From assembly GCA_963666975.2 (NCBI GenBank), contig CAXVYR010000004.1, positions 1,920,001 to 1,984,000 of the forward strand: a stretch of DNA of 64,000 nucleotides, written 5' to 3'. Position numbers and translations under genes: made by a program. Source of the stretch: Terriglobia bacterium. Lineage in GTDB: Bacteria; Acidobacteriota; Terriglobia; 2-12-FULL-54-10. Below the pieces are notes generated by a model. The model was not told the origin of the DNA. It made no database searches and saw only the letters and a program-made list of their open reading frames with translations. Below are positions 8,524 through 18,278 of this stretch, in pieces. How positions within the stretch are numbered: position 1 is the stretch's first letter; the number at the start of each line of letters is the position of its first letter.

Positions 8524-11388
8524 TTATAGCATCGCGCCAACAATGTCATACACTTCGTCCAGAACGGAATCGAGCTCCGTTACACTTTTGCCACCGGCTT
8601 CCGCGATGTCGGGACGGCCTCCGCCGGTGCCGCCGAGTTTCCGCGCCACGGCCTGCGCGATCTTGCCGGCGTGCAAGCGAGACGTCAGGTCCTTGGTGAG
8701 CGCCGCGATCAGCGCCACCTTCCCCTCCGAGACGGTCGCCAGGACGACCACTCCGGATTGCAGCCTTTGGCGCAGAAAGTCCGCCATAGACCGCATTTGA
8801 CTGCGTTCCAGCGCCTCCAAGCGCAGCGAGAGAACCTTCACTTGCTTGACGGACCGGATGCGGGCTTCGAGATCCGTTAGCTGCGCCTGCGCCATCTTCA
8901 GCTTCAGCGACTCCACCTGCTTTTCCAGGTTCCGCTCCGACTCGGCCAGCTTCTCCACTTTCTCCACCATCTCCACCAAATCCGCAGCCGAACTCTTCAC
9001 CACCGTGGCCACCCAATGTACCATCGCGGTCACGGCTTGAAATTGCTCCAGAGCCTTTTCTCCGGTCACCGCTTCCAGGCGGCGGACGCCCGCCGAGATG
9101 CTGCCTTCGGCGGTGATCTTGAACAGGCCGATGTCGCCCGTGCGGCTGACGTGCGTGCCGCCGCAGAGTTCTTTGCTGAAACCGTGCACGGAAACCACTC
9201 GGACCTTGTCCTGGTATTTCTCCCCGAACAGCGCCATGGCCCCGGTTTCGACTGCCTGTTCCAAATCCATGACGTCGGTCTCGACTGCCGAGTTTTTCAG
9301 GACCTCGGCGTTGACCAAACGCTCAATCTCCACCAGTTCGTTCTCCTCGACCGAGGTGAAGTGGGCGAAGTCAAAGCGCAGCCGCGACGGCTCCACCACC
9401 GACCCGGCCTGTTTCACGTGCGTTCCCAGCACCTCGCGCAGCGCGGCGTGGAGCAGATGCGTCGCCGTATGGTTCCGCATCGTGGCGTGGCGATTCTCGG
9501 TCCGGACCACTGCCGTCAGGCGGTCTCCTACGCGGAGGGACGCGCGGCTGGTGATCCGGTGAGTGATGATGCCAGAGAAAAGAATGCGGTCCGCTTCGGG
9601 AACAATTGTTCCGTCGTCGAGAACGCGGTTTGCCATGACTCCGGAGACCGGCTTCTGCGTGTCCTCAACCACCGCCGCCTCTTCTCCTATCTGGTCTTCT
9701 TTGGTCCCCTCGGCGAACAGCAACCCGGTGTCGCCCACCTGCCCTCCGGATTCCGCGTAAAAAGGCGTATGGTCGAGCACTAATTCGGCACGAGTCCCGG
9801 CGGGTATTTCGTCGACCAGCTCTGAGTTTGCCACCAGCGCCAGAACCTCGCAGTCGTACGAAGTAGTTTGCTGATACCCATCAAACTTGGTGAAGCCTCT
9901 TGCGAGCACGCTGCCATATACAGATGGAAATATTTGCTTCGCAACGCCTTTCCAGCTTGCCCGCGCCCGCTCCCGCTGGCGCTCCATCTCCTCATCAAAT
10001 CCTGCCCTATCGAGTTTCAGACCCTCCTCGTTGGCTAACTCCTCCATCAAATCCCAGGGCATCCCATAGGTGTCGTAAAGCTGAAACAGTTTCTCCCCAG
10101 GCAGTATGAGTCCATTCTTGTAGGGAAGGAGCGATGGCCAGTCTTCGGGCAGAATGTTAGGAATCGCTCTGACCCGTTGCGAGGCTTCTTCACTCACGAG
10201 TTCTTTCCACCGCTTCAAGGCATCATCCATACTGAGAGCGAAGCGCTGCTCCTCGGATTTCACCACCGCTGCAACCCGCTGGGTAGATTCGAGCAATTCG
10301 GGATAAGAATCCGACATTATCTCAGCGACTTTGCCAGTCATCTTGTAAAGGAACGGCCCGTCAAGCATCAGCATCTTGCCGTGCCGGGCAGCGCGGCGGA
10401 GAATCTTGCGCAGCACGTATCCGCGCCCTTCGTTGGCCGGATGCACTCCGTCGTGAACCAGGAACGCTGCCGCGCGGCTATGGTCCGCAAGAATCCGCAG
10501 GGAAACATCGGCGGCAGGTTTTTTTCCATAGGAGGTGCCCGCCATCTCTGCGGCGCGCTCGATGAGCGGATACAGCAGGTCTGTCTCAAAGTTGCTGATC
10601 TTCCCCTGAACGATGGCGGCCATGCGCTCCAGGCCCATTCCGGTGTCAATGGAAGGTTGTGGCAGAGATTCCCGTCTGAGACATTCCGAAGAATGCCTGT
10701 GCTGGGCTCGCTCTTCTGAGGTCTTGAAACCCGCTCTTTCCTTCACGCAAAATCGGTTGAACTGCATGAAGACCAAGTTCCATATCTCGACGTACCGCCC
10801 GCATTCGCACGGGAAGGCGCAGTCGGCGTGCCCCTGCTCGCTCGCCGCCGGGCCCTGGTCGTAATGAATCTCCGAGCAGGGACCGCAGGGGCCGGTGTCG
10901 CCCATCGACCAGAAGTTGTCAGCCTCGTCCATGCGAAAAACCCGGTCGGCGGCAACCCCGGCAGTGCCGGTCCAGAGCTTCTCGGCTTCGTCGTCCTCGC
11001 GGAAGACCGTAACGTACAGCTTCTCCTTCGGGAGGCCGAACTCCCGGGTTACCAACTCCCAGGCGTATTGAATCGCGTCCTGTTTGAAGTAGTCCCCGAA
11101 AGAGAAGTTGCCGAGCATCTCGAAGAAGGTGTGATGCCGCCGGGTGCGTCCCACGTTTTCGAGGTCGTTGTGTTTCCCCCCGGCGCGCACGCACTTCTGC
11201 GAGGAAGCGGCGCGGGAGTAGTCGCGCTGTTCCAGCCCCAGAAAGACCTCTTTGAACTGGTTCATGCCGGCGTTGGTGAATAGCAGTGTGGGATCGTTCA
11301 CAGGCACGAGCGAAGAGCTGGGGACGACGCGGTGCCCGCGCGCGGCAAAGTAATCCAAAAATTTCTTGCGTATCTCGCTACCGGTCAA
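8524..11388 (-). CDS. alaS: Alanine--tRNA ligase
   Basis: DPTLLFTNAGMNQFK, HHTFFEMLGNFSFGDYFK, IDTGMGLER, NHTATH, ELCGGTH, GGGGRPD; probable TTG start at 11388. Confidence 0.97.
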   Translation of the reverse strand: MTGSEIRKKFLDYFAARGHRVVPSSSLVPVNDPTLLFTNAGMNQFKEVFLGLEQRDYSRAASSQKCVRAGGKHNDLENVGRTRRHHTFFEMLGNFSFGDYFKQDAIQYAWELVTREFGLPKEKLYVTVFREDDEAEKLWTGTAGVAADRVFRMDEADNFWSMGDTGPCGPCSEIHYDQGPAASEQGHADCAFPCECGRYVEIWNLVFMQFNRFCVKERAGFKTSEERAQHRHSSECLRRESLPQPSIDTGMGLERMAAIVQGKISNFETDLLYPLIERAAEMAGTSYGKKPAADVSLRILADHSRAAAFLVHDGVHPANEGRGYVLRKILRRAARHGKMLMLDGPFLYKMTGKVAEIMSDSYPELLESTQRVAAVVKSEEQRFALSMDDALKRWKELVSEEASQRVRAIPNILPEDWPSLLPYKNGLILPGEKLFQLYDTYGMPWDLMEELANEEGLKLDRAGFDEEMERQRERARASWKGVAKQIFPSVYGSVLARGFTKFDGYQQTTSYDCEVLALVANSELVDEIPAGTRAELVLDHTPFYAESGGQVGDTGLLFAEGTKEDQIGEEAAVVEDTQKPVSGVMANRVLDDGTIVPEADRILFSGIITHRITSRASLRVGDRLTAVVRTENRHATMRNHTATHLLHAALREVLGTHVKQAGSVVEPSRLRFDFAHFTSVEENELVEIERLVNAEVLKNSAVETDVMDLEQAVETGAMALFGEKYQDKVRVVSVHGFSKELCGGTHVSRTGDIGLFKITAEGSISAGVRRLEAVTGEKALEQFQAVTAMVHWVATVVKSSAADLVEMVEKVEKLAESERNLEKQVESLKLKMAQAQLTDLEARIRSVKQVKVLSLRLEALERSQMRSMADFLRQRLQSGVVVLATVSEGKVALIAALTKDLTSRLHAGKIAQAVARKLGGTGGGRPDIAEAGGKSVTELDSVLDEVYDIVGAML

Positions 11389-11968
11389 TTTCAGCCTCGG
11401 GTTCGGGCATCTCCGCGAGGGATTCGAGCAGCTCATCCCATTTTTCCCAATCCGCCGGATCCGTTTTCGGACGGCTCTGGGAGAGGGAGGCTCGAAGCAT
11501 CCTCTTCAACTCGCGAACAATTGTGTCAGATGCAAAACCGGCCCGCAAGAGCCGCCGGTGGATGGAGACCACCGCAGAGGGTCTGGAAAACGGCCGGGAA
11601 GGGCGGAGCTTGCGCGCGATATGACGGCGCAACAGATCGCTTTCCTCCACTGCCTCAAACCCGCGCCCGACCGCCTCGCGGGCGATCTCCGGGGAGACAC
11701 CCCGGCGCTCCAAATCCTGACGCACCCGCGCCGGGCCTTGCAGTTCATTTTCCAGGCGCGCCGAGACGAACCAGCGCGCGAAGCGGGCGTCGTCGAGATA
11801 CCCGTTTTCGCGAAGCCGCCGCAGGACGGTTCCGATAACTGTTTTGCTCGCCTTGCGTTTTTCAAGCAACGACCGAATCTCGGCGGTGGAGCGCGCGCTG
11901 CGCGCCAGCGCCTTCACGGCTACTTCATAAAGTTTCTCGTCAGTTGTGTTGGAATCGTGGGTAGCCAC
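11378..11968 (-). CDS. recX: Regulatory protein RecX
   Basis: ARSTAEIR, GYLDDARFA, GPARVRQDLERRG, LLRAGF; lies directly upstream of alaS; start uncertain (GTG at 11968). Confidence 0.85.
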   Translation of the reverse strand: MATHDSNTTDEKLYEVAVKALARSARSTAEIRSLLEKRKASKTVIGTVLRRLRENGYLDDARFARWFVSARLENELQGPARVRQDLERRGVSPEIAREAVGRGFEAVEESDLLRRHIARKLRPSRPFSRPSAVVSIHRRLLRAGFASDTIVRELKRMLRASLSQSRPKTDPADWEKWDELLESLAEMPEPEAEIDR

Positions 11969-12027
11969 GGCAAACTTGTAACTCAATTTGCAGTGGGTTT
12001 GCAAATCCGGAAAAAGCCCGCGGTGAG
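11961..12027. repeat. GTAG-headed palindromic repeat (GTAGCCACGG...GCCGTGGG family), degenerate
   Basis: Aligns over about 65 bp with 24464-24530; related doublet at 18120-18194. Confidence 0.65.
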
Positions 12028-12072
12028 ATCATCCCTTTCGAGTCTGTGTGAAAACTACGGCAAAGACAAAGC

Positions 12073-12196
12073 AATCCGAGCCGCGACCCCTTCGGCAACC
12101 CCTCGGCTTCGCTCGGGACATGGCTCCCTGCGACTTCTCCCTCGACTTCGCTCGGGACTTCGCTCAGGGCAGGCAGGGCAGGCTGTGAGGGAGCGG
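12073..12196. repeat. REP-like unit (type A) interrupted by nested mini-repeats
   Basis: AATCCGAGCCGCGACC [about 96-bp insert] GTGAGGGAGCGG; the halves match the intact copy at 22327-22351. Confidence 0.8.
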
Positions 12197-12218
12197 GTAA
12201 ATGGTGTTTTTCAACCTC

Positions 12219-13347
12219 TTAATTCTCAAACCCTTCGATGGCGGCCTCCATCTCGTCGCGCGCCGTGTCTGTAGTCGACCGGATGCCCTGCAAACGGAGC
12301 TTGAAGTCGTCCGGATTGCTGGCGTTCTGCAGCGCATCTTCGTAGGACACCAAGCCTTTGGTATGCAGATCATAGATCGACTGGTCGAAGGTCTGCATTC
12401 CGTACTGCGAGGTGCCCGCGCTGATCGCGTCGCGAATCATGCGGGTCTTTTCCGGGTTGACGATGCAGTCCCGGACAAAAGCGGTTGCGATCAGCACCTC
12501 CACGGCGGGAACGCGGCCGAGTCCGTCGCTTTTGCGCAGCAGCCGCTGTGAGATGATCGCCTTCAGCGTGCTGGCCATCTGCAAACGGATCTGCTTTTGC
12601 TCCGGGGGCGGAAACACCGCAATGATGCGCTGGATAGTCTCGGTGGCGTCCAGGGTATGCAACGTGGAGAAGACCATGTGGCCGGTCTCGGCAGCCAGCA
12701 GCGCGGTGCTGATGGTTTCCAAGTCTCTCATTTCGCCGACCAGGATGACGTCCGGGTCCTGGCGCAAGGCCGCCCGCAGGGCGACGGAAAAGTTGTGCGT
12801 GTCCACCTCCACCTCGCGCTGGTTCACAAACCCTTTTTTGTCGCGATGGAGGAACTCGATGGGGTCTTCGATCGTGATGATATGGTCGGTCCGCTGGGAG
12901 TTGATCCGGTCGATCATCGCCGCCAGCGTGGTGGATTTGCCGCTCCCGGTCGTTCCGGTGACCAGCACCATGCCTCGCCGCTCTTCGCAAACCCTGGAAA
13001 TCACCTTGGGGCAGGTACAACTCCTCCAAAGTGCGAATCTTGGTGGGCACGACACGGAGAACCATGCCGACGTTGCCGCGCTGCTGGAAAATGTTCACAC
13101 GAAACCTTCCCAGGCCCGCCACGCCATAGGCCAGGTCCAGCTCGGCGCTCTCTTTGAACTTTTGTTTCTGCCGGTTCGACATTATGCTGAAGGCCATGTT
13201 CAGCATCTGTTCCGGTGTAACGCGGCTGAACTCATTCAGGGGGAGCAACTCTCCGTCGATCCGCAGGTAGGGGAAGTTGCCTACTTTTATATGGAGGTCG
13301 GAAGCCTTGCGCTCCACAGCAATCCGCAGCAGATCATCTATTTGCAT
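12219..13347 (-). CDS. pilT: Type IV pilus retraction ATPase PilT/PilU family (apparent +1 frameshift at G4, 13008-13011)
   Basis: ASDLHIKVG, RFRVNIF in one frame; GTTGSGKST, TIEDPIE, ALRQDPD, AETGH, GMQTFD in the other; removing one base gives LPKVISRV. Confidence 0.88.
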
Positions 13348-13560
13348 GCTATTCTCTCTAATGAGGTTTTCACTGGAAAATTGGAGCATAAATGCAGGAC
13401 AGTGTCAATCGAAGCGCTGCCTGGAGAACTGGAAAGGGAACTGTCCCTTCAGCATCTCTCCTGAACCACGCCCATCTCTCGAACCACGCCCAGCCGGCCC
13501 TGTTTTTGGAACGTTGTTTCCATCTCACTGTTTTTGAATCGGGGGCGGGCCGCGCAGGTT

Positions 13561-13589
13561 TTGACATCGGGCGTCTCCTGCCCTAATAT
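13561..13589 (+). promoter_or_regulatory. Sigma70-type promoter of serA
   Basis: TTGACA-17 bp-TAATAT, about 130 bp upstream of the start codon. Confidence 0.65.
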
Positions 13590-13716
13590 CGTCTCTCTTC
13601 GATAATAATTTCTAAACCCCGCCGGAAGGCGGAATGGGAAACAGCCAGTTCGGACTGCCCGGCCGAAGCGAGAGGCCCCAGGAAAAGCAGGAAAAGTAAA
13701 GTAAGGCGCCCCCCCG

Positions 13717-15384
13717 ATGGAAAAAATGATGAAAATTGTGATCGCAGAAAAAGTCTCCCGGCGGGGTATTGACCTGCTGAAGGCCGAGCGGAAATGGAAG
13801 GTGGTGGAATTGGACTCCGCCCGGGAAAAGCTGCCTCGGGAGCTGCGGGACGCCAACGCCCTCATCATCCGCAGCGCGGTGCAGGTGAACCGGCAACTGC
13901 TGGAATGCGCCCCGAGATTGCAGGTGATCGGCCGGGCCGGCATCGGGGTGGATAACGTGGACATCGAGGCAGCCACAAAAAAAGGCGTAATGGTGATGAA
14001 CACCCCCGGCGGCAACGCCGTCAGCGTGGCCGAGCACACCCTGGCCCTGATGCTGGCGATGGCCCGCTCCATCCCCCGCGCTAACGAGTCCATGCACGCG
14101 GGCCGCTGGGAAAAGAAGCTCTTTGAAGGGCGCGAGTTGCGCGGCAAGGTTTTGGGCATCCTGGGGCTGGGCCGCATCGGCGTGGAAATCGTCAAGCGAG
14201 CGCGGGCCTTTGAGGTGGAGATCCTCGCCTACGATCCCTACGTTCCCTCCCTGGTCGCGCGCGACCTGAACATCCCGCTGGTTCCCCTCAACGAGCTGCT
14301 GGGCCGCTCCGACTACCTCACGCTGCATGTCCCCCTTACGGCGGAGACCGAGAATATTCTGGGCCGGGCAGCGCTGCGCCACGTGAAACGGGGCGTGCGC
14401 ATCCTCAATTGCGCGCGCGGGGAGTTGGTGGATGAAGAGGCGCTGGCCGAAGCCATTCGCAGCGGGCATGTCGCCGGAGCCGCTTTGGATGTCTATCGGC
14501 AGGAACCGCCGCGCAATTCCCCGTTGCTGGCGCTGCCGCAGGTGGTCCTCACCCCCCATATCGCCGGCTCCACGGCCGAGGCGCAGGAGATTGTGGGGCA
14601 CCGCATTGCCGAGCAGGTGCGAGACTATCTGAAACACTCCATCATTCAAAACGCCGTCAACGTGCCGTCGGTTTCCGTGGAAGAATACCGGCACTTGCAG
14701 CCGTACCTGGAACTGGCGGAACGGCTGGGGTTGTTCCTGGCGCAGCTTGCCACCGGGAGCACGGCCAGCGTGCTGATCCACTACTCCGGCAAACTGGCTC
14801 AGATGAATACCAACATGGTGCGCAATGCCGTCCTGAAAGGCCTGCTGAATCGCGTGCTGGATGAGAAGGCGAACATCGTCAACTCGGTGGCCATCGCCGA
14901 GGAACGGGGAATCCACATTTCCGAGACGCGCAGCCAGCGGACGCAGTTCATAGACTCCATCCGGGTCACGGTAAAAACCAACGGGCACGAATCCAAAAAG
15001 AACGAATCCCGCGAGCAAGAATCCATGGTCGAGGGCACGGTGCTGCACGGCACCCGGCCTCGCGTGCTGGTCCTGGATCACATCAACGTGGAGTGCCCGC
15101 TGGAAGGCAACCTGGTCGTTCTGAAGAACCGGGATGTTCCCGGAGTAGTGGGAAACATCGGCAGGATTTTGGGACGGCGGAAGATCAACATTGCCAACTT
15201 TTCCCTCGGCCGGAGGCATCCAGGCGGAGCCGAGCGAGCCAAAGCTTCCCGAAAGCCCGCCGAGGCGCTGGCCGTGGTTCACGTGGATCAGAAAGTTCCC
15301 GATGCGGTTTTGAAGGAGCTGGGGCAAATCCCGGCCATGACTTTTGTGAGGGCGGTGGAGTTCGACGCCCCTCCCAGGGGTTGA
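13717..15384 (+). CDS. serA: D-3-phosphoglycerate dehydrogenase (type I, ASB+ACT)
   Basis: RAGIGVDNVD, GLGRIG, NCARG, TPHIAGST, C-terminal DVPGVVG...NIANF. Confidence 0.95.
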   Translation: MEKMMKIVIAEKVSRRGIDLLKAERKWKVVELDSAREKLPRELRDANALIIRSAVQVNRQLLECAPRLQVIGRAGIGVDNVDIEAATKKGVMVMNTPGGNAVSVAEHTLALMLAMARSIPRANESMHAGRWEKKLFEGRELRGKVLGILGLGRIGVEIVKRARAFEVEILAYDPYVPSLVARDLNIPLVPLNELLGRSDYLTLHVPLTAETENILGRAALRHVKRGVRILNCARGELVDEEALAEAIRSGHVAGAALDVYRQEPPRNSPLLALPQVVLTPHIAGSTAEAQEIVGHRIAEQVRDYLKHSIIQNAVNVPSVSVEEYRHLQPYLELAERLGLFLAQLATGSTASVLIHYSGKLAQMNTNMVRNAVLKGLLNRVLDEKANIVNSVAIAEERGIHISETRSQRTQFIDSIRVTVKTNGHESKKNESREQESMVEGTVLHGTRPRVLVLDHINVECPLEGNLVVLKNRDVPGVVGNIGRILGRRKINIANFSLGRRHPGGAERAKASRKPAEALAVVHVDQKVPDAVLKELGQIPAMTFVRAVEFDAPPRG

Positions 15385-15510
15385 GGGGCCTGACCGGCCC
15401 CAAGACAATAAATAATCTGAATTTGCAAAAAAATCAGAGTAACTGCATCGGCCCTGCGGTGTATACTAGGCTGATTTTTCCCGTACATTTTTTCAAACTG
15501 AAGGAGGCGT

Positions 15511-15816
15511 ATGGCTGCGGCAAGGATGACTCAAGCGCAACTGATCCGGCATTTGGCTGATCGCTGCGAAGTAAATAACAAGGTGTCTCGCGGATTTCTG
15601 GAGGAGTTGGCAAAAACCGCCCTGCAAGAGACCAAGAAAAACGGTGTCTTCGTAATCCCCGGCATCGGACGGCTGGTAAAGTCCAACCGCAAAGCGCGCA
15701 TGGGAAGAAATCCCGCCACCGGGGAAGCGATCAAGATTCCGGCCAAGACAGTGGTCAAATTCCGGGTCGCAAAGGCTGCCAAGGACTCCATCGCGCCGGG
15801 CAAAGGGAAGAAGTAG
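15511..15816 (+). CDS. HU-family DNA-binding protein
   Basis: RKARMGRNPATGEAIKIPAK; AGGAGG RBS. Confidence 0.93.
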   Translation: MAAARMTQAQLIRHLADRCEVNNKVSRGFLEELAKTALQETKKNGVFVIPGIGRLVKSNRKARMGRNPATGEAIKIPAKTVVKFRVAKAAKDSIAPGKGKK

Positions 15817-15919
15817 ATTTCCCCCAGGAAGGAGGAGCGCCGAGGCAGCGCAGGAGAACCGCCCGCGCCGCGCCCCTCCCCGGGAAATCGCCTTTCCGCT
15901 CTTTTCCCTCAAAAAGCGA

Positions 15920-15974
15920 TTGACAAGGATGCGGGGAATGTGTAATTATTCATTGTTGTGAATAATTATACATA
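15920..15974 (+). promoter_or_regulatory. argF promoter (-35 TTGACA) with two tandem ARG boxes
   Basis: AATGTGTAATTATTCATT (15937-15954) and TGTGAATAATTATACATA (15957-15974), 2 bp apart, fit the ArgR consensus TGAAT-N4-ATTCA. Confidence 0.8.
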
Positions 15975-16017
15975 TCCGAAATCGCCCCTCTCTTCCGGGA
16001 CCGCCGGGGCTCAGGCG

Positions 16018-16986
16018 ATGCCCGCCCGGCTGCCCTTTGCCGCCTCGGACCTGGTCTTCGACAACGACCTGGGCATCGCCGATGTGCAAGCGGTGCTGGC
16101 CGTGGCCGGCCAGATGCAGCAGCAACCGGAGCGCTACCGCCAGGTCTTGGCCGGGAAAATGCTAGCGCTGCTGTTCGAGAAGCCCAGCCTGCGGACACGC
16201 GTCACTTTTGAAGTGGCCATGAAGAGCATGGGAGGCGATGCGGTCTTTATCGACTGCCAAAACGAGCCCCTGGGACAACGCGAATCGATTCCCGACGTAG
16301 CCCGGAATCTGGACCGCTGGGTGGATGCCATCGCCGCACGCACCTTTCGGCAAGCAACCGTGAATGAGCTGGCCGAATGGGCTTCCGTTCCGGTCATCAA
16401 TGCGCTCTCGGACCAAGCGCATCCCTGCCAGGCGCTGGCCGACATGCTGACGCTGAAAAATATCTTCGGGCAGCTGGAGGGCTTGCAGCTCGCATACGTA
16501 GGCGACGGCAACAACGTAGCCCACTCCCTGCTCCTGACAGGAACCAAGCTGGGCCTGGATGTCGCGGTCGCCACGCCTGCTTCCTGCGAGCCGGACCCGG
16601 ACATCGTCGCCATGGCGCGGGAGACCGCCGCTGAGACGGGAGCGGTCGTTCACATCTTAAATGATCCGGCAGAGGCTGCCGCCGGGGCCCACGCTATTTA
16701 CACGGATGTGTGGACCAGCATGGGATCAGAGCACGAAGCCGCAAGCCGCCGGGAGCGCTTTCGCCCCTATCAAGTGACCGAACAACTATTCCAAGCCGCC
16801 CGTCCCCAGGCCGTCTTCATGCACTGTCTCCCGGCACATCGGGGAGAGGAAGTGGAGGCAGCGGTGATGGAGTCGCCCCGCTCGGTGGTTTTCGACCAAG
16901 CTGAAAACCGCCTGCACGCTCAGAAGGCGCTCCTGTGGCTTCTGCTGGCCAATTCCTCTGGCCGCCAATCCGAGCCGCGACAGTAA
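16018..16986 (+). CDS. argF: Ornithine carbamoyltransferase
   Basis: FEKPSLRTR, HPCQALAD, DVWTSMG, HCLPAHRGEEV. ATG 16018 preferred because GTG 15958 lies inside the operator. Confidence 0.95.
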   Translation: MPARLPFAASDLVFDNDLGIADVQAVLAVAGQMQQQPERYRQVLAGKMLALLFEKPSLRTRVTFEVAMKSMGGDAVFIDCQNEPLGQRESIPDVARNLDRWVDAIAARTFRQATVNELAEWASVPVINALSDQAHPCQALADMLTLKNIFGQLEGLQLAYVGDGNNVAHSLLLTGTKLGLDVAVATPASCEPDPDIVAMARETAAETGAVVHILNDPAEAAAGAHAIYTDVWTSMGSEHEAASRRERFRPYQVTEQLFQAARPQAVFMHCLPAHRGEEVEAAVMESPRSVVFDQAENRLHAQKALLWLLLANSSGRQSEPRQ

Positions 16987-17077
16987 TGGAGCGGTCACCT
17001 TGCTGTTGCTGGTACAAGACAGGGGCAAAGGCACGAATGATTAGAGGGCTGCTTGACCGGTCAGGGTACTTCGGATT

Positions 17078-17719
17078 GTGGCGACACTGAAAGATCGAAT
17101 CGTCGGTCTATTGCGCGAGACGCCCGGTCTCACCGACCGTGAGATCACTGACCGCCTAATGGGTCCAAACGTAGGGCAACAGGCTGTTAATCAAGCCGCA
17201 CGGGCGCTAGCTGCTTCTGGGAAACTTATTCGCCGCGAGCGGAACAACGGTAAGTTGGGGAATTATATGAGTGAGCCTTCCGGGGAGGAGAGCAATCCCA
17301 CAATTATCGACACGGCACAAGGCGAACCAGTCGCGCTATCCGAGGATGACATCAAGCTGAAGCTACAGAAATGGCTCCAAAGCAAGGGCTGGAAGGTGGA
17401 CGTCCAATGGGGTCGGAATCGCGGTATCGACGGTGAAGCCACGCGGGACGAAGTTCGATGGGTCATCGAGGCGAAAGGTTGCGGCTCACGGACTCAGATG
17501 CAACGAAATTACTTCCTTGAGGTTCTCGGCGCGTTACTCGGGCGAATGGATGATCCCTACGCGCGCTACAGCATCGCCTTGCCGGACTTGAAACGGTTCC
17601 GCAACCTATGGCAAAGCCTGCCGGAATTGGCCAAGTTGCGCACCGGAATCTCAGCGCTGTTTGTCGATCCATTTGGCTCAGTGGAAGAAGTGAAAAGCGG
17701 TAATGGGCCAGCGGTCTAG
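17078..17719 (+). CDS. wHTH + PD-(D/E)XK nuclease-like protein
   Basis: N-terminal HTH (PGLTDREI...VNQAARAL); SEDDIK, GID...VIEAKG catalytic-type motif; lower GC. Confidence 0.65.
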   Translation: MATLKDRIVGLLRETPGLTDREITDRLMGPNVGQQAVNQAARALAASGKLIRRERNNGKLGNYMSEPSGEESNPTIIDTAQGEPVALSEDDIKLKLQKWLQSKGWKVDVQWGRNRGIDGEATRDEVRWVIEAKGCGSRTQMQRNYFLEVLGALLGRMDDPYARYSIALPDLKRFRNLWQSLPELAKLRTGISALFVDPFGSVEEVKSGNGPAV

Positions 17720-17928
17720 GGCTTTGCACCCGACGGCCTCCGACGCAATCACGAGCGGACGCCGGTGAACGTCGCCATTGGGCACGGATGCCCTATGTCG
17801 TTCTTCGCGGAGGGGAATGAAGTTTGAGCTGGTTGGTTCAATAGCAGACATCGAAGTCATCGCCGCCGTCGAATCGCCATATCGGGAAGCAGCACAACGC
17901 CTTCGCGGTGGAGCTATAATCATTAGTC

Positions 17929-18123
17929 ATGAGCCGTGATCTGAAGGAACTGTTTCGGGAGGCGGGCAAGTTGCCGGAGCGGGATCGAGCGGCGCTGGCT
18001 GGCTTGCTCATCGAGTCCCTCGAACCGGCCCCGGAGCCGGACGTGGAAGCGGCCTGGTCCCAGGAGATCGCGCGGCGCGTGGCGGAACTTCACCGTTGCC
18101 GTAGAGCACATTCGCCGAGGTAG
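17929..18123 (+). pseudogene. Addiction-module antitoxin (TIGR02574-like), C-terminus disrupted, no toxin follows
   Basis: LPERDRAALAGLLIESL...VEAAWSQEIARR; runs into a repeat cluster. Confidence 0.7.
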
Positions 18124-18278
18124 CCACGGCACGCTTTCTGTGCCGTGGGCCTTTCCGAAACGAACCCACGGCATAAAGAACATGCCGTGGCTACCTCGGA
18201 CGCCGATATACGAAACATGAAAATAGTGTAGCGCCACCGTTTCGGCGGCTCGGTGGGCCGGTCGGAGGCCGACACTAC
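18120..18278. repeat. Cluster of GTAG-headed inverted REP-like doublets
   Basis: GTAGCCACGGCAC..GTGCCGTGGG / CCCACGGCAT..ATGCCGTGGCTAC (18120-18194); GTAGCGCC...GCCGACACTAC (18228-18278). Confidence 0.7.

Noticed and set aside
13612-15408. Long antisense ORFs (598 aa opposite serA; also 655 aa at 32427-34394 and 283 aa opposite IS256)
   Set aside because: Shadow ORFs of high-GC coding strands with no recognisable motifs.
15816-15890. Long GC-rich hairpin after the HU gene as an ncRNA
   Set aside because: No recognisable RNA family features; could be a terminator or stabiliser, but this is unsupported.
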